From positions 18,974 through 82,973 of the forward strand of contig JAFDWZ010000028.1 in assembly GCA_018268195.1 (NCBI GenBank): 64,000 nt of DNA, given 5' to 3'. Numbering within the stretch: position 1 is the stretch's first letter; each line of letters opens with the position of its first letter. This document shows positions 1 to 9,957 of this stretch, piece after piece. The notes below the pieces were generated by a model, which saw nothing but the letters and a program-made list of their open reading frames with translations, did no database searches and was not told the origin of the DNA. The position numbers and the translations under genes are program-made. Source of the DNA: Bacteroidota bacterium (GTDB lineage: Bacteria > Bacteroidota > Bacteroidia > AKYH767-A > OLB10).

Positions 1-3000
1 CATAAAGGATGATAAGGGATGTACAAAGGATTCTACAATTAATTTAACACAGCCTATAGCACTTTCATTAACTTCAAATATTACCAATGCTACATGTAGT
101 TATGCCAACGGAACCATTAGCTTAACCGGAAACGGAGGAGTAGCTCCTTATACTTACAGTATTGATGGTGGAATATCATTCACTTCTGCTTCAAATATTA
201 CCGGATTGGTTTCAGGAACTTATAAAGTTGTTATACGTGATGCAAACAACTGCGAAAAGTCGTCTACCGTTACCATTGCTGATGCACCGGGACCAAGAAT
301 TACAGGAAGCAGTTTTACACCTCAGATTTGCGACAGCATGAATAATGCCTCGGTGACTATAACTGCGGTAAGTGGAACAGGAGCACTTATGTATAGTGCT
401 GACAGTGGAGCAACTTATGTGAACTCAATGAGTATTCAGAATTTACAGGGCGGTGACCATACGCTGATTGTAATGGATCAGAATCAATGTGCAGATACTT
501 TGCAGATTGTCATTCCTGTTTATCATTCACCGATAATTAATTCAGTTTTAACAGCCAATCCATTGTGTAATGGTGACGCAAATGGAAATATTCTTATTCA
601 GGCTTCAGGAGGAAATGGTGCTTTGCAATACAGTATTGATAACGGATCCACATTTTCACTGTCGCCTATTTTTAGTCATAATCCTGCTGCAAACTATTTG
701 ATTGTTGTTGCAGACACCAATCAATGCCAGACTACAGCCACGGCAGTATTAAATGAACCATCAGCACTTGTTGCTCAGCCTGTGATAACACAGGAAACCT
801 GCCAAGGTGGAAACGGAGTAATTGTTCTTAACACTTCTGGAGGTACTCCACTATATCTCTTTAGCCTGAACGGAACGACTGTAACCACCGATTCTGTTTT
901 TAATCATCTTTCAGCAGGAAATTATTCTATACAGATTACGGATTTAAATAATTGCTCACTGACTGTTCCTGTATCTATAATGGCATTGAATGCACCTTCA
1001 ATAAATTCGGTTCAGGTTCAGTCACTAAGTTGTTATCAGTCTGCTGATGGAAGTATATCCATTAGCAGTTCAGGAAATGGCAATTTGGAATACAGTTTGG
1101 ATGGAATTATTTATCAATCATCACCGGTGTTTTCCGGGCTGGTGGCAGGAAGTTATCATGTTTATGTGCGTGATACCAATAATTGTGTTGTTGATTCTAT
1201 TCTTTCGCTGAATGAACCTGATGCTATTACTGCAAATATTCAAACGCAATCTTCCAATTGTACATTAGCTAATGGAGCAATTACCGTGATTGCATCCGGA
1301 GGAGCAGGAAACTTAACATATAGCATTAACAACGGAGCCTTCAATAATTTAAATACGTTTTCAAATCTGATTGCAGGAAATTATTCCATCAACATACAAG
1401 ATGCAAACGGATGTGTGCAAACTTTTAATGCCTCTGTCAGTAGTATTAACGGAGCTGTGATCAATACAGTTCAAACTACGGATGTGTTATGCAATGGAAA
1501 TACTACAGGTGTTATCAATATACAGGCAACAGGAGGTACGGGACCACTATCCTATAGTATTGATAATGGCAATTCGTTTTTTACTTCTGCTGCTTTCAAT
1601 AATCTGCCGGCAGGACATTATAGTATTGTTGTTGCTGATACTGTAGGATGTCAGACAACTGCTACCACAACGATTTTTCAACCTGACTTGTTAGTCATCA
1701 ATCAAAGTATTACGCCTGCAACCTGTGGTCAGAGCAATGGCGAATTGCAATTTGTGATTAAAGGTGGCACAGCGAATTATCTTTATTCACTTGACAGTGC
1801 TACTTACCAAAGTTCTTCGGTGTTCAGTAATTTATCGGCAGGTACGTATCAGATTAATATTAAAGATGGTAATAATTGCACCGCAACGGCAGTTGTGTCT
1901 CTTCCAAATCTTTCAGCACCGGTTATTCAATCAGCCTTAACAGGTAATATCACCTGTAATGGAGGAGCAGATGGATTTATCAATATTAGTGCCAGTGGAG
2001 GAACAGGTTTACTTCAGTATAGTATCAATCAAGGTTTAAATTATCAGTCATCAGCATCATTCAATTCACTTACAGCAGGAATTTATCAGATACGGATAAC
2101 AGATGAAAATAACTGTACCGCTGATACCCTGATAGTGCTCAACGAACCATCACCTTTAACAGCAACTTTTAATATTACGGGAGCTAATTGCCAACAAAAC
2201 AATGGAGCAATCAGCATTACTGCTTCGGGAGGAACAGGAAACTTGCTTTATAGTTTGAATAATGGTTCATTTACTCCACAAACCAATCTGGTAAATCTTT
2301 CAGCAGGAAGTTACACACTTGATATAAAAGATACGCATTCATGCCTTAAAAATTATTCTGTGATTATTCCTTCGGTAAGTGGGCCTGTGATAGATACGAT
2401 TGTTAAAAATGATTTGGTATGTAATGGAGTGCCCGGTGGTAGTCTGGTGGCTTTAGCATCAGGAGGAACAGGCGGACTTTTGTATAGTATCAACAATAGT
2501 ACATTCTTAACAGATTCTGTTTTTGGCTCGCTCGCAGCAGGAAATTATTCAATAACAGTTAAAGATTCTGCGGGATGTATTACTACCAGACAAATCAACA
2601 TCAATACGCCTCCGCCAATTAATGTAACATACTCCGTAAGTAACCCTGCCTGCGGCCAGGCCAATGGAACAATAACCATTCAGGCAAGTGGAGGTACGGG
2701 AACATTGCTCACGTCATTAAACAATTCAGCGTTTTTAAATCAACTTGCTTACAACGGACTTGTTGCCGGTAGTTATCAGTTAACTGTAAAAGATGATAAC
2801 GGTTGTCTGAATCAGAAAATAATTTCATTAAGTAATCTGATGGCATCATCAATTGTAAGTATTCAGAAAAGGAATATTAAATGTTTTAATGGCAATGATG
2901 GAGAAATAAAAATTACAGCTATAGGTGGAACGGGAAATTTGAATTTTAGTATTGATAATGGAAATAATTTTTTATCAACAAATAATTTTGCGCAGCTAAC

Positions 3001-5695
3001 CTCCGGAAATTATCAGATTTCAGTGATGGATCAGAATAATTGCCGTAGTGATTCAGTAATATTTTTATCTCAACCAGACTCTTTACATATAAATATCGGA
3101 ATAACACCCGAGACCTGTTCAAAGAATAATGGTGTGTTGAATTTGCAAGCTACAGGTGGCACCATACCTTATCTGTTTAGTATTGACAGTAGTCGTGCCT
3201 TTACAGTGTCGTCATTGTTTACTAATAAAAATGAGGGGTGGTACTATATTGCTGTGAGAGATAATCATCAATGTACAAAGCTTGTATCTGTTTATATCCC
3301 GGACCTTGCAGGACCTGCAATATCATCTTTAACAAAAAAAGATATTTCCTGCTTTGGTGCTGCTGACGGTTCCATCAATGTTGCAACTTCCGGTGGCAAT
3401 GGCAATTTATTATTTTCATTAAACAATTTCAGTACATCGCAAGTAATACCGGTGTTCAACGGATTGAATAAAGGAGTTTACACCGTTTATGTTAAAGATA
3501 CCAATAACTGTATTTCCAAGACCAACGTTGCCATTTCGGAACCTTTGGCGCTTTCAGAAACAAAGACGATATCAAATCCAACATGCAATGGCTTTTCGGA
3601 TGGAAGTATAACAGTTGTAGCTGCAGGTGGAACAGCGCCTTATTCTATTCTTTGGAGCAATGGTGCGGTTGATTTTCATCTTACATCTGTAGCGGCAGGA
3701 AGTTACAGCTATATTGTTTCAGATACCAATAATTGTCAGTTTACAGATAGTTTGGTGGTAACTCAACCATTGGCTCTGGCGGTTGATGACAGTGTAAGAA
3801 ATTCTTCCTGTTCGGGAGGAGCCAATGGGCAGGCCATCTTAACAGTAAGTGGAGGAACGATGCCTTATCAGTACGAATGGTCGCCCAATGGAGGAAATAC
3901 TTACTACGCAAATGCCTTACCCGTTGGTGTATATAATATTACGGTAACTGATGCGCATGGATGCACAATGCTACATACCTTACAGATAAATGCACCCGTG
4001 CCATTGGCTAATACATTCTCAGTTGGTAATGTGAATTGTTTTGGTGGAGCTGATGGAATTTTGACTGCAAATGTAAGTGGAGGTACAGCCCCTTACTCAT
4101 ATCTCTGGAGTAACGGGCAAACTAATACTGCACAAATTTCAGGACTTGCAGTTGGAGTTTATACTGCCACCGTAACTGATGGCAATGGTTGTTCTGCACA
4201 ATTTACCAATCAGGTGACATCTCCTACTGTTATTAAGCCCAATGGAATTATTCAAAATACTTCGTGCTATGGTTATCACAATGGCAGTGTGATAATGAAT
4301 GTGAGTGGAGGCGTTTCACCTTATACTTATTTGTGGAGTAATTCTTCCTCTTCAAACCCTTTGGACTCTCTTGCTGCAGGTGTTTATGTAGTTACGGTTA
4401 CCGATGCCAACGGATGTACTAAAATCAGAGCTTTCACAGTCAATCAGCCCTCTGAGGTACTTATTCAGGTTTCACCTGATGACACCATCTGTATAGGTCA
4501 ACATGCTACACTTACTTGTACGGCAAGTGGTGGTATGGGTGGTTATATATACAACTGGAGTAACAATCAAAATTTATCAAGTGTTATTGTTTCTCCCAAT
4601 CTAACACAACAGTATTTGGTTTTTGCAGAAGATTCCAATCAATGTCGTTCAACATGGGACAGTATTTTGGTTTTTGTCCATCCACCTCTTGATGTAATCT
4701 TATCCGGCAGCGATACAATTTGCTCAGGACAAAGTATAACATTGTCTGCAATACCTTCAGGTGGAAATGGTGGACCATATTATTTTTCATGGTCTGATGG
4801 AAGCCAACAACCTGCTGTTACTGTTTCTCCATCGCAAACGGGTTTTGTTACTGTAACAGTTACCGATCAGTGTACCGTAATGCCTGCCGTTGATTCTATT
4901 CCTGTTTTAGTTTATCCAACACCTCAGATTGATGTTGCTCCGCTTACAATGGAAGGCTGTATGCCTTTGAATGTTGAGTTCAGCAACCAATCCATTTTGC
5001 CTCCCGGAACAATTCTTAACTGGAACTTCGGTGATGGCAATACTTCTGATATTTTATCGCCTACAAACATTTATCAGCAAGCCGGCAGTTATTCAGTAAC
5101 TTTAACTGCGACAACGCCACAACAGTGTGTAGATGCAGTCGCGCTTATAGATGTAATTCACGTATATCCTTTGCCTGAGGCAGCTTTCGCAATAGAGCCT
5201 GAAAAAGTTAATATTCTTCATCCTGAAATTAATATTGTTGACAGCAGTAAACTTGCTGCTTCATGGTTTTATAGTTTTGGAGATGGGGAACAATCTGTTC
5301 AACAATCGCCCACACATGTGTATGCCGACACCGGCAAGTATGAGATTATGCAGATAGTTGTCACTGAACATGGCTGTGCTGATACTACCATGCGTGAAAT
5401 TGTTGTTGAAGGAGTATTTACAATGTATATTCCCAATGCTTTCACTCCTAATCAGGACGGACATAATGAGGTATTCTATGCCACCGGCTACGGAATTGCC
5501 GAAGTGCAAATGCTTATTTTTAACAGATGGGGGAATAAGGTATTTGAAACCAATTCGCTTAATGGGAAATGGGATGGCCGTAATTTATACAACGGCAGTC
5601 TATGCGCTCAGGGAGTGTATGTATATACCTTAAAAGTTAAGGATGAGTTTGGTGCCTATCACAGTTATCACGGACAGGTTACCCTTATCAGATAG
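1..5695 (+). CDS. Giant cell-surface adhesin, 5'-partial (continues upstream of the window). It carries about 15 tandem ~77-aa SprB-type repeats, then Y-x-W-S-N-G type repeats, Ig/PKD-like domains and a T9SS type-B (gliding-motility-associated) C-terminal domain.
   Basis: The reading frame is open from nt 2 with no stop, and the M at 206 is an internal TTG. The repeat signature SGG(T/N)G.L.YS.DNG...F..L.AG.Y...V.D.N.C recurs with a ~231-nt period. The C-terminus reads TMYIPNAFTPNQDGHNEVFYATGYG...NRWGNKVFE...KWDGR...GVYVYTL, which is the type-B T9SS CTD. Confidence 0.85.
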   Translation, partial: IKDDKGCTKDSTINLTQPIALSLTSNITNATCSYANGTISLTGNGGVAPYTYSIDGGISFTSASNITGLVSGTYKVVIRDANNCEKSSTVTIADAPGPRITGSSFTPQICDSMNNASVTITAVSGTGALMYSADSGATYVNSMSIQNLQGGDHTLIVMDQNQCADTLQIVIPVYHSPIINSVLTANPLCNGDANGNILIQASGGNGALQYSIDNGSTFSLSPIFSHNPAANYLIVVADTNQCQTTATAVLNEPSALVAQPVITQETCQGGNGVIVLNTSGGTPLYLFSLNGTTVTTDSVFNHLSAGNYSIQITDLNNCSLTVPVSIMALNAPSINSVQVQSLSCYQSADGSISISSSGNGNLEYSLDGIIYQSSPVFSGLVAGSYHVYVRDTNNCVVDSILSLNEPDAITANIQTQSSNCTLANGAITVIASGGAGNLTYSINNGAFNNLNTFSNLIAGNYSINIQDANGCVQTFNASVSSINGAVINTVQTTDVLCNGNTTGVINIQATGGTGPLSYSIDNGNSFFTSAAFNNLPAGHYSIVVADTVGCQTTATTTIFQPDLLVINQSITPATCGQSNGELQFVIKGGTANYLYSLDSATYQSSSVFSNLSAGTYQINIKDGNNCTATAVVSLPNLSAPVIQSALTGNITCNGGADGFINISASGGTGLLQYSINQGLNYQSSASFNSLTAGIYQIRITDENNCTADTLIVLNEPSPLTATFNITGANCQQNNGAISITASGGTGNLLYSLNNGSFTPQTNLVNLSAGSYTLDIKDTHSCLKNYSVIIPSVSGPVIDTIVKNDLVCNGVPGGSLVALASGGTGGLLYSINNSTFLTDSVFGSLAAGNYSITVKDSAGCITTRQININTPPPINVTYSVSNPACGQANGTITIQASGGTGTLLTSLNNSAFLNQLAYNGLVAGSYQLTVKDDNGCLNQKIISLSNLMASSIVSIQKRNIKCFNGNDGEIKITAIGGTGNLNFSIDNGNNFLSTNNFAQLTSGNYQISVMDQNNCRSDSVIFLSQPDSLHINIGITPETCSKNNGVLNLQATGGTIPYLFSIDSSRAFTVSSLFTNKNEGWYYIAVRDNHQCTKLVSVYIPDLAGPAISSLTKKDISCFGAADGSINVATSGGNGNLLFSLNNFSTSQVIPVFNGLNKGVYTVYVKDTNNCISKTNVAISEPLALSETKTISNPTCNGFSDGSITVVAAGGTAPYSILWSNGAVDFHLTSVAAGSYSYIVSDTNNCQFTDSLVVTQPLALAVDDSVRNSSCSGGANGQAILTVSGGTMPYQYEWSPNGGNTYYANALPVGVYNITVTDAHGCTMLHTLQINAPVPLANTFSVGNVNCFGGADGILTANVSGGTAPYSYLWSNGQTNTAQISGLAVGVYTATVTDGNGCSAQFTNQVTSPTVIKPNGIIQNTSCYGYHNGSVIMNVSGGVSPYTYLWSNSSSSNPLDSLAAGVYVVTVTDANGCTKIRAFTVNQPSEVLIQVSPDDTICIGQHATLTCTASGGMGGYIYNWSNNQNLSSVIVSPNLTQQYLVFAEDSNQCRSTWDSILVFVHPPLDVILSGSDTICSGQSITLSAIPSGGNGGPYYFSWSDGSQQPAVTVSPSQTGFVTVTVTDQCTVMPAVDSIPVLVYPTPQIDVAPLTMEGCMPLNVEFSNQSILPPGTILNWNFGDGNTSDILSPTNIYQQAGSYSVTLTATTPQQCVDAVALIDVIHVYPLPEAAFAIEPEKVNILHPEINIVDSSKLAASWFYSFGDGEQSVQQSPTHVYADTGKYEIMQIVVTEHGCADTTMREIVVEGVFTMYIPNAFTPNQDGHNEVFYATGYGIAEVQMLIFNRWGNKVFETNSLNGKWDGRNLYNGSLCAQGVYVYTLKVKDEFGAYHSYHGQVTLIR

Positions 5696-6962
5696 CAGAC
5701 TGACCTAATAGCAATACGGGATTTTCAAGGAAGCCTTTTACGGTATTCAAGAATTTAGCACCTGTAACACCATCAACTACACGATGATCGCAACTTAATG
5801 TTATACGCATGACATTGCCGGCAACTACCTGACCATTTTTAATAACAGGAACTGCTTTGATGGCTCCTACTGCAAGAATACATGCGTCAGGAGGGTTAAT
5901 GATAGCAGTAAATTCTTCAATATCGAACATACCGAGATTGGAGATGGTAAAGGTGTTGCCTTCCCAATCTGCAGGCTGAAGTTTTTTGTCTTTTGCCTTT
6001 TGAGCAAATTCTTTTACTTCACCATTAATCTGAGTAAGTGTTTTGGAATCGGCATAACGTACTACAGGTACCAGCAAACCTTCTTCAACAGCCACCGCCA
6101 CACCTATATTAATGTGATGATTGATACGGATGGTATCACCCAGCCATGACGAATTTACTTTTGGGTGCTGTTGCAACGCTGTTGCACAAGCTTTAATCAC
6201 AAAATCATTGAAAGATATTTTACTTCCTGTAGCTGCATTGATGGTTTCTCTTGCCTCCATGCATCGAGTCATTTCAATGTCGAGAGTAAGATAAAAATGA
6301 GGTGCTGTGAATTTGCTTTCGCTAAGTCTGCGCGCAATAGTTTTACGCATTTGCGAAACAGGTAGCTCTTCGAAAGATTCCTGTGTAAATGCTGATGTAA
6401 GCTTACCTCCCGCAACATAGCTTCCGGGTTTAAACCAGTCAATATCTCTTCTCACAATTCGTCCATTATCACCACTGCCTTTTATCTTTGAAAGGTCAAT
6501 ACCTTGTTGTTCGGCTAAGGAACGTGCCAGCGGTGAAGCTTTAATGCGTGAATCGCTACTCGTTGTTGTTGCAACAGTTGGTTTGGGTTCTGGTTTTGTC
6601 TCAGCCTTCGGAGTAGGTTTCGATTCAGTTTTTGGAGCTGGGGTATCTTCTTTTTTTGCCGCGGCAGGTTTTTCTTCTTTAGATGTTTTTTCTTCTTCAG
6701 CAAGCAATGGTTTGTAATCTTCACCGGGAGCGCCTAAGATGGCAAGAACGGAATTTATTGCACCGGCTTTTCCTTCAGGTACACCAATATAGAGCAAAGT
6801 CCCACTCTGATAACTTTCAAATTCCATGGTAGCTTTATCGGTTTCAATTTCTGCAACCAAGTCACCAGATTTAATGGTGTCGCCAACTTTCTTATGCCAC
6901 TTAGCTACTACGCCTTCAGTCATAGTATCACTCATCTTGGGCATTCTTACTATCTCAGCCAT
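5688..6962 (-). CDS. pdhC: Pyruvate dehydrogenase complex E2, dihydrolipoyllysine-residue acetyltransferase
   Basis: N-terminal lipoyl domain (IETDKATMEFES), a Pro/Ala/Lys-rich linker, an E3-binding segment and a catalytic domain with the DHRVVDG motif. Its 3' end overlaps the adhesin stop by 8 bp (convergent). Confidence 0.9.
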   Translation of the reverse strand: MAEIVRMPKMSDTMTEGVVAKWHKKVGDTIKSGDLVAEIETDKATMEFESYQSGTLLYIGVPEGKAGAINSVLAILGAPGEDYKPLLAEEEKTSKEEKPAAAKKEDTPAPKTESKPTPKAETKPEPKPTVATTTSSDSRIKASPLARSLAEQQGIDLSKIKGSGDNGRIVRRDIDWFKPGSYVAGGKLTSAFTQESFEELPVSQMRKTIARRLSESKFTAPHFYLTLDIEMTRCMEARETINAATGSKISFNDFVIKACATALQQHPKVNSSWLGDTIRINHHINIGVAVAVEEGLLVPVVRYADSKTLTQINGEVKEFAQKAKDKKLQPADWEGNTFTISNLGMFDIEEFTAIINPPDACILAVGAIKAVPVIKNGQVVAGNVMRITLSCDHRVVDGVTGAKFLNTVKGFLENPVLLLGQSAI

Positions 6963-6980
6963 AAATATTTTTATGTTTTT

Positions 6981-7979
6981 TTAATCTTCAATAATGTAGG
7001 GGTAATCAGGTTGATCATAAACATCAATAAATAATTCTTTCGGGTCAGGGAAAGGAGATTCTTCTGCAAAAGTTACACTGTCTTCCACAATATCATGTAC
7101 GCGCTTTTCAATATTTTCAATATCTTCTTTTGTAGCGTATTTCTTTTCAAGAATTGTCTGATGCACTTTTTCAATAGGATCCTGATGCTTGTAACTTTCA
7201 ACTTCTTCTTTACTTCTGTATTTTGCCGGATCGCTCATGGAGTGACCTTTATAACGATAAGTGCACATTTCAAGAAGATAAGGACCGTTGCCATTGCGGC
7301 AGTGGTTAACTGCTTTTTCCATTGCCTCATGAACAGTTTCAACGGTCATCCCATCCACCGGTTCACTGGGCATATTAAATGCTTCACCCAGTTTGTATAA
7401 CTCCGTAACGTTGCTGGTTCGTTCTACTGATGTGCCCATAGCATACTGGTTGTTTTCAATAATAAAGACTACAGGCAGTTTCCATGTCATGGCCATATTC
7501 AGTGCTTCATGAAAAGCCCCCTGACGAATAGCTCCATCACCCATATAACACAGTGTAACATTGTTTGTTCCTTTATACTTTTCGGCAAATGCAATACCTG
7601 CACCCAGAGGTATCTGACCTCCAACAATACCATGCCCACCGAAGAACCGGTGAGTGGCATCAAACAAGTGCATACTTCCCCCTTTTCCTTTGCTGCAACC
7701 TGTAGCTTTTGCATACAACTCTGCCATAACAGCTCTTGCCGATGTTCCTTTGCCTAAAGCATGTGCATGATCGCGATAGGCAGTAATCATATTGTCATCA
7801 GGCTTAATTACAGAGAGTGCGCCTGCTACTACTGCTTCCTGACCGATGTATAAATGACAGAAACCTTTTATCTTCTGCAGACCGTAAAGTTGCCCTGCAC
7901 GCTCTTCAAATCTGCGCATGAGAAGCATTTCTTCATACCATTTTAAATAGGTTTCTTTTGAAAATTTTTGCTTAGCCAT
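6981..7979 (-). CDS. pdhA: Pyruvate dehydrogenase E1 component alpha subunit (TPP-dependent)
   Basis: YRDHAHALGKG, GGHGIVGGQIPLGAGIAFA and the TPP-binding MGDGA motif. It lies immediately upstream of E2 in the same orientation. Confidence 0.9.
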   Translation of the reverse strand: MAKQKFSKETYLKWYEEMLLMRRFEERAGQLYGLQKIKGFCHLYIGQEAVVAGALSVIKPDDNMITAYRDHAHALGKGTSARAVMAELYAKATGCSKGKGGSMHLFDATHRFFGGHGIVGGQIPLGAGIAFAEKYKGTNNVTLCYMGDGAIRQGAFHEALNMAMTWKLPVVFIIENNQYAMGTSVERTSNVTELYKLGEAFNMPSEPVDGMTVETVHEAMEKAVNHCRNGNGPYLLEMCTYRYKGHSMSDPAKYRSKEEVESYKHQDPIEKVHQTILEKKYATKEDIENIEKRVHDIVEDSVTFAEESPFPDPKELFIDVYDQPDYPYIIED

Positions 7980-8175
7980 AAATTTATTTGATGCAAAAAT
8001 AAGATATTATTATTGAGTTAAGAAAAGGTGCTTTAGTATGATTTAATGCAGTAGATATCAATTATTACCATAATTATTTTGATTATAAATAGCTAAAAAA
8101 AGTGTCTTTGGAATACATTACACTGAATAATTGATATGATAGAATTCAGATGACTGCTTGTTTTTTAATATTCAA

Positions 8176-8667
8176 TTAGTTTCCTAATAACTGGTCAGAA
8201 GTAAATGTAAATGGCAGCAATGTCTTTACATGGTTTAGCACCATAATTTTTCCTTCATTACCCTGCATTATAAGTTTTATATCTTGCCCGAAAAGGTGCT
8301 CATATTCTACCATCACCTGACGGCATCCTCCACAAGGGCTCACCGTTAGAGGTGTTGGGTCTGCACCGGCAAAGGCGGCCACGGCAATGGCTTTAAATTT
8401 CACTCCCGGATATTGTGCACCTGCATAAAAAACTGCAACACGTTCCGCACAAAGTCCGGAGGGATAAGCAGCATTTTCCTGATTGGAACCTGTTACTGTT
8501 ATTCCGTTTTCAAGAAGTACAGCAGCGCCCACATGAAAATCGGAATAAGGAACATAAGCTTTGTTAGTGGCTTTTCGTGCTTCAAGCAGCAGATTGCGCC
8601 ACTCGGCAGGCAATTCATCAATAGAGTCGTAAAGGTCGTAGCTGTTCTTTGTCTCAACTTTTTGCAT
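8176..8667 (-). CDS. cdd: Cytidine deaminase
   Basis: Zinc-ligand motifs CAERVAV and PCGGCRQVM. The long (163 aa) form is typical of Bacteroidota. Confidence 0.85.
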   Translation of the reverse strand: MQKVETKNSYDLYDSIDELPAEWRNLLLEARKATNKAYVPYSDFHVGAAVLLENGITVTGSNQENAAYPSGLCAERVAVFYAGAQYPGVKFKAIAVAAFAGADPTPLTVSPCGGCRQVMVEYEHLFGQDIKLIMQGNEGKIMVLNHVKTLLPFTFTSDQLLGN

Positions 8668-8752
8668 CAGTATTAAATATTTAAAAAGGGATGCTAAGAT
8701 AATATAGTTTTCAATAGCGCAAAAAAAACGGCATTTGCAAAACTGTTTTGTT

Positions 8753-8760
8753 AGAAATAC
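8753..8760 (+). promoter_or_regulatory. Bacteroidota-type -7 promoter element (TAnnTTTG) upstream of the bTHX gene
   Basis: TACCTTTG lies about 25 nt upstream of the ATG at 8785, with a TTTG about 20 nt further upstream. Confidence 0.35.
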
Positions 8761-8784
8761 CTTTGCTGTCCTTAATTTTTAATC

Positions 8785-8895
8785 ATGGGAAAAGGCGACA
8801 AAAAATCACGTAAAGGTAAATTAGCCATTGGCTCTTTTGGCAAACGCAGGAAAGCTCGTAAACCAAAAACCGCTGCTAAACCTGCAAAAAAGTAA
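8785..8895 (+). CDS. 30S ribosomal protein bTHX (36 aa)
   Basis: Hand translation gives MGKGDKKSRKGKLAIGSFGKRRKARKPKTAAKPAKK*, a GKGD-start, K/R-rich 36-aa peptide characteristic of ribosomal protein THX in Bacteroidota and Thermus. It is absent from the ORF track because it is under 60 aa, and is followed by a strong hairpin terminator. Confidence 0.7.
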   Translation: MGKGDKKSRKGKLAIGSFGKRRKARKPKTAAKPAKK

Positions 8896-8903
8896 TCAAA
8901 TGA

Positions 8904-8939
8904 AAAAATCCTCTGGCATGTCGGAGGATTTTTGTTTTT
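8904..8939 (+). terminator. Rho-independent terminator after the bTHX gene
   Basis: AAAAAATCCTCtggcatgtcGGAGGATTTTTGTTTTT: a GC-containing stem followed by a T-run. Confidence 0.7.
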
Positions 8940-8954
8940 AAAAATTATATCATC

Positions 8955-9899
8955 ATGTCTGCGTCCATACTTTTACTCGACACGTTTCACGAATCTTTTA
9001 TTCCCATGCTTACCGGAATGGGCTTTAGCTGCACCGAAGCTTATGACTGGAGTCGTGAAAAAACAGAAGTCGGCATCAGCAACTTTCAGGGTATAGCCAT
9101 TCGCAGTCGAATGCCTCTCAACAAAGAATTATTGGAAAAGGCAACGCAGTTAAAATTTATTGCAAGAGGAGGAGCTGGAATGGAAAATATTGACGTTGCT
9201 TTTGCAGAAAAAAAAGGAATTATCTGCCTGAATGCCCCTGAAGCAAATCGTGATGCAGTAGGTGAGCATGCACTGATGATGTTGCTGGCGCTGATGAATA
9301 AACTGCTCAAGGCTGATGATGAAGTGCGAAACGGAATATGGCTGAGAGAGGAAAACAGAGGGAACGAAATACAGGGGAAAACGGTTGGTATCATTGGTTT
9401 CGGTCACATGGGAAGTGCCTTTGCCGAAAAAATATCAGGTATGGGAGCGAATTTACTCGCCTATGACAAATACATCAGCATTGATAAAACTAAATATCCT
9501 TATGTAAGGCAGGTTCCTCTGGAAGAACTTCAGCATAATGCAGATATCATTAGCCTGCATATACCTCTAACAGCCGAAACAAAATATTTTATAGATGATA
9601 ATTTTATTACACAATGCAGCAAAAACATCTATGTGATAAATACTGCTCGCGGGAAATGTTTAAACACTTCGCATCTGGTAACCCACCTGAAATCGGGTAA
9701 GGTTATGGGGGCATGTCTGGATGTGCATGAGTACGAAACTTCTTCGTTTGAGAAACTAGAAACATTGCCTGAGCCGTTTGAATATCTGGTTCACTCTGAC
9801 AGAGTGGTTCTTACACCACACATTGCCGGGTGGACACATGAGTCAAACCGTAAAATTGCAGAGGTGCTGGTGAAAAAAATTGCAGACTTGAAGATGTAA
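8955..9899 (+). CDS. D-isomer-specific 2-hydroxyacid dehydrogenase family protein (phosphoglycerate dehydrogenase-like)
   Basis: NAD-binding GxGxxG (GIIGFGHMGSAFAEK) and a catalytic region with the HIAG motif (LTPHIAGWT). Confidence 0.7.
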   Translation: MSASILLLDTFHESFIPMLTGMGFSCTEAYDWSREKTEVGISNFQGIAIRSRMPLNKELLEKATQLKFIARGGAGMENIDVAFAEKKGIICLNAPEANRDAVGEHALMMLLALMNKLLKADDEVRNGIWLREENRGNEIQGKTVGIIGFGHMGSAFAEKISGMGANLLAYDKYISIDKTKYPYVRQVPLEELQHNADIISLHIPLTAETKYFIDDNFITQCSKNIYVINTARGKCLNTSHLVTHLKSGKVMGACLDVHEYETSSFEKLETLPEPFEYLVHSDRVVLTPHIAGWTHESNRKIAEVLVKKIADLKM

Positions 9900-9957
9900 A
9901 TATTCATTTTCAGCCCAAACCAATTTGGTATATTTGCACTTATAAAAATCATAAATT

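Noticed and set aside
4584-5633. Three short ORFs (4584..4790 -, 5261..5509 -, 5358..5633 +) inside or antisense to the adhesin gene
   Set aside because: They lie entirely within a long, well-supported repetitive CDS and show no domain-like features. They are typical spurious out-of-frame or antisense ORFs.
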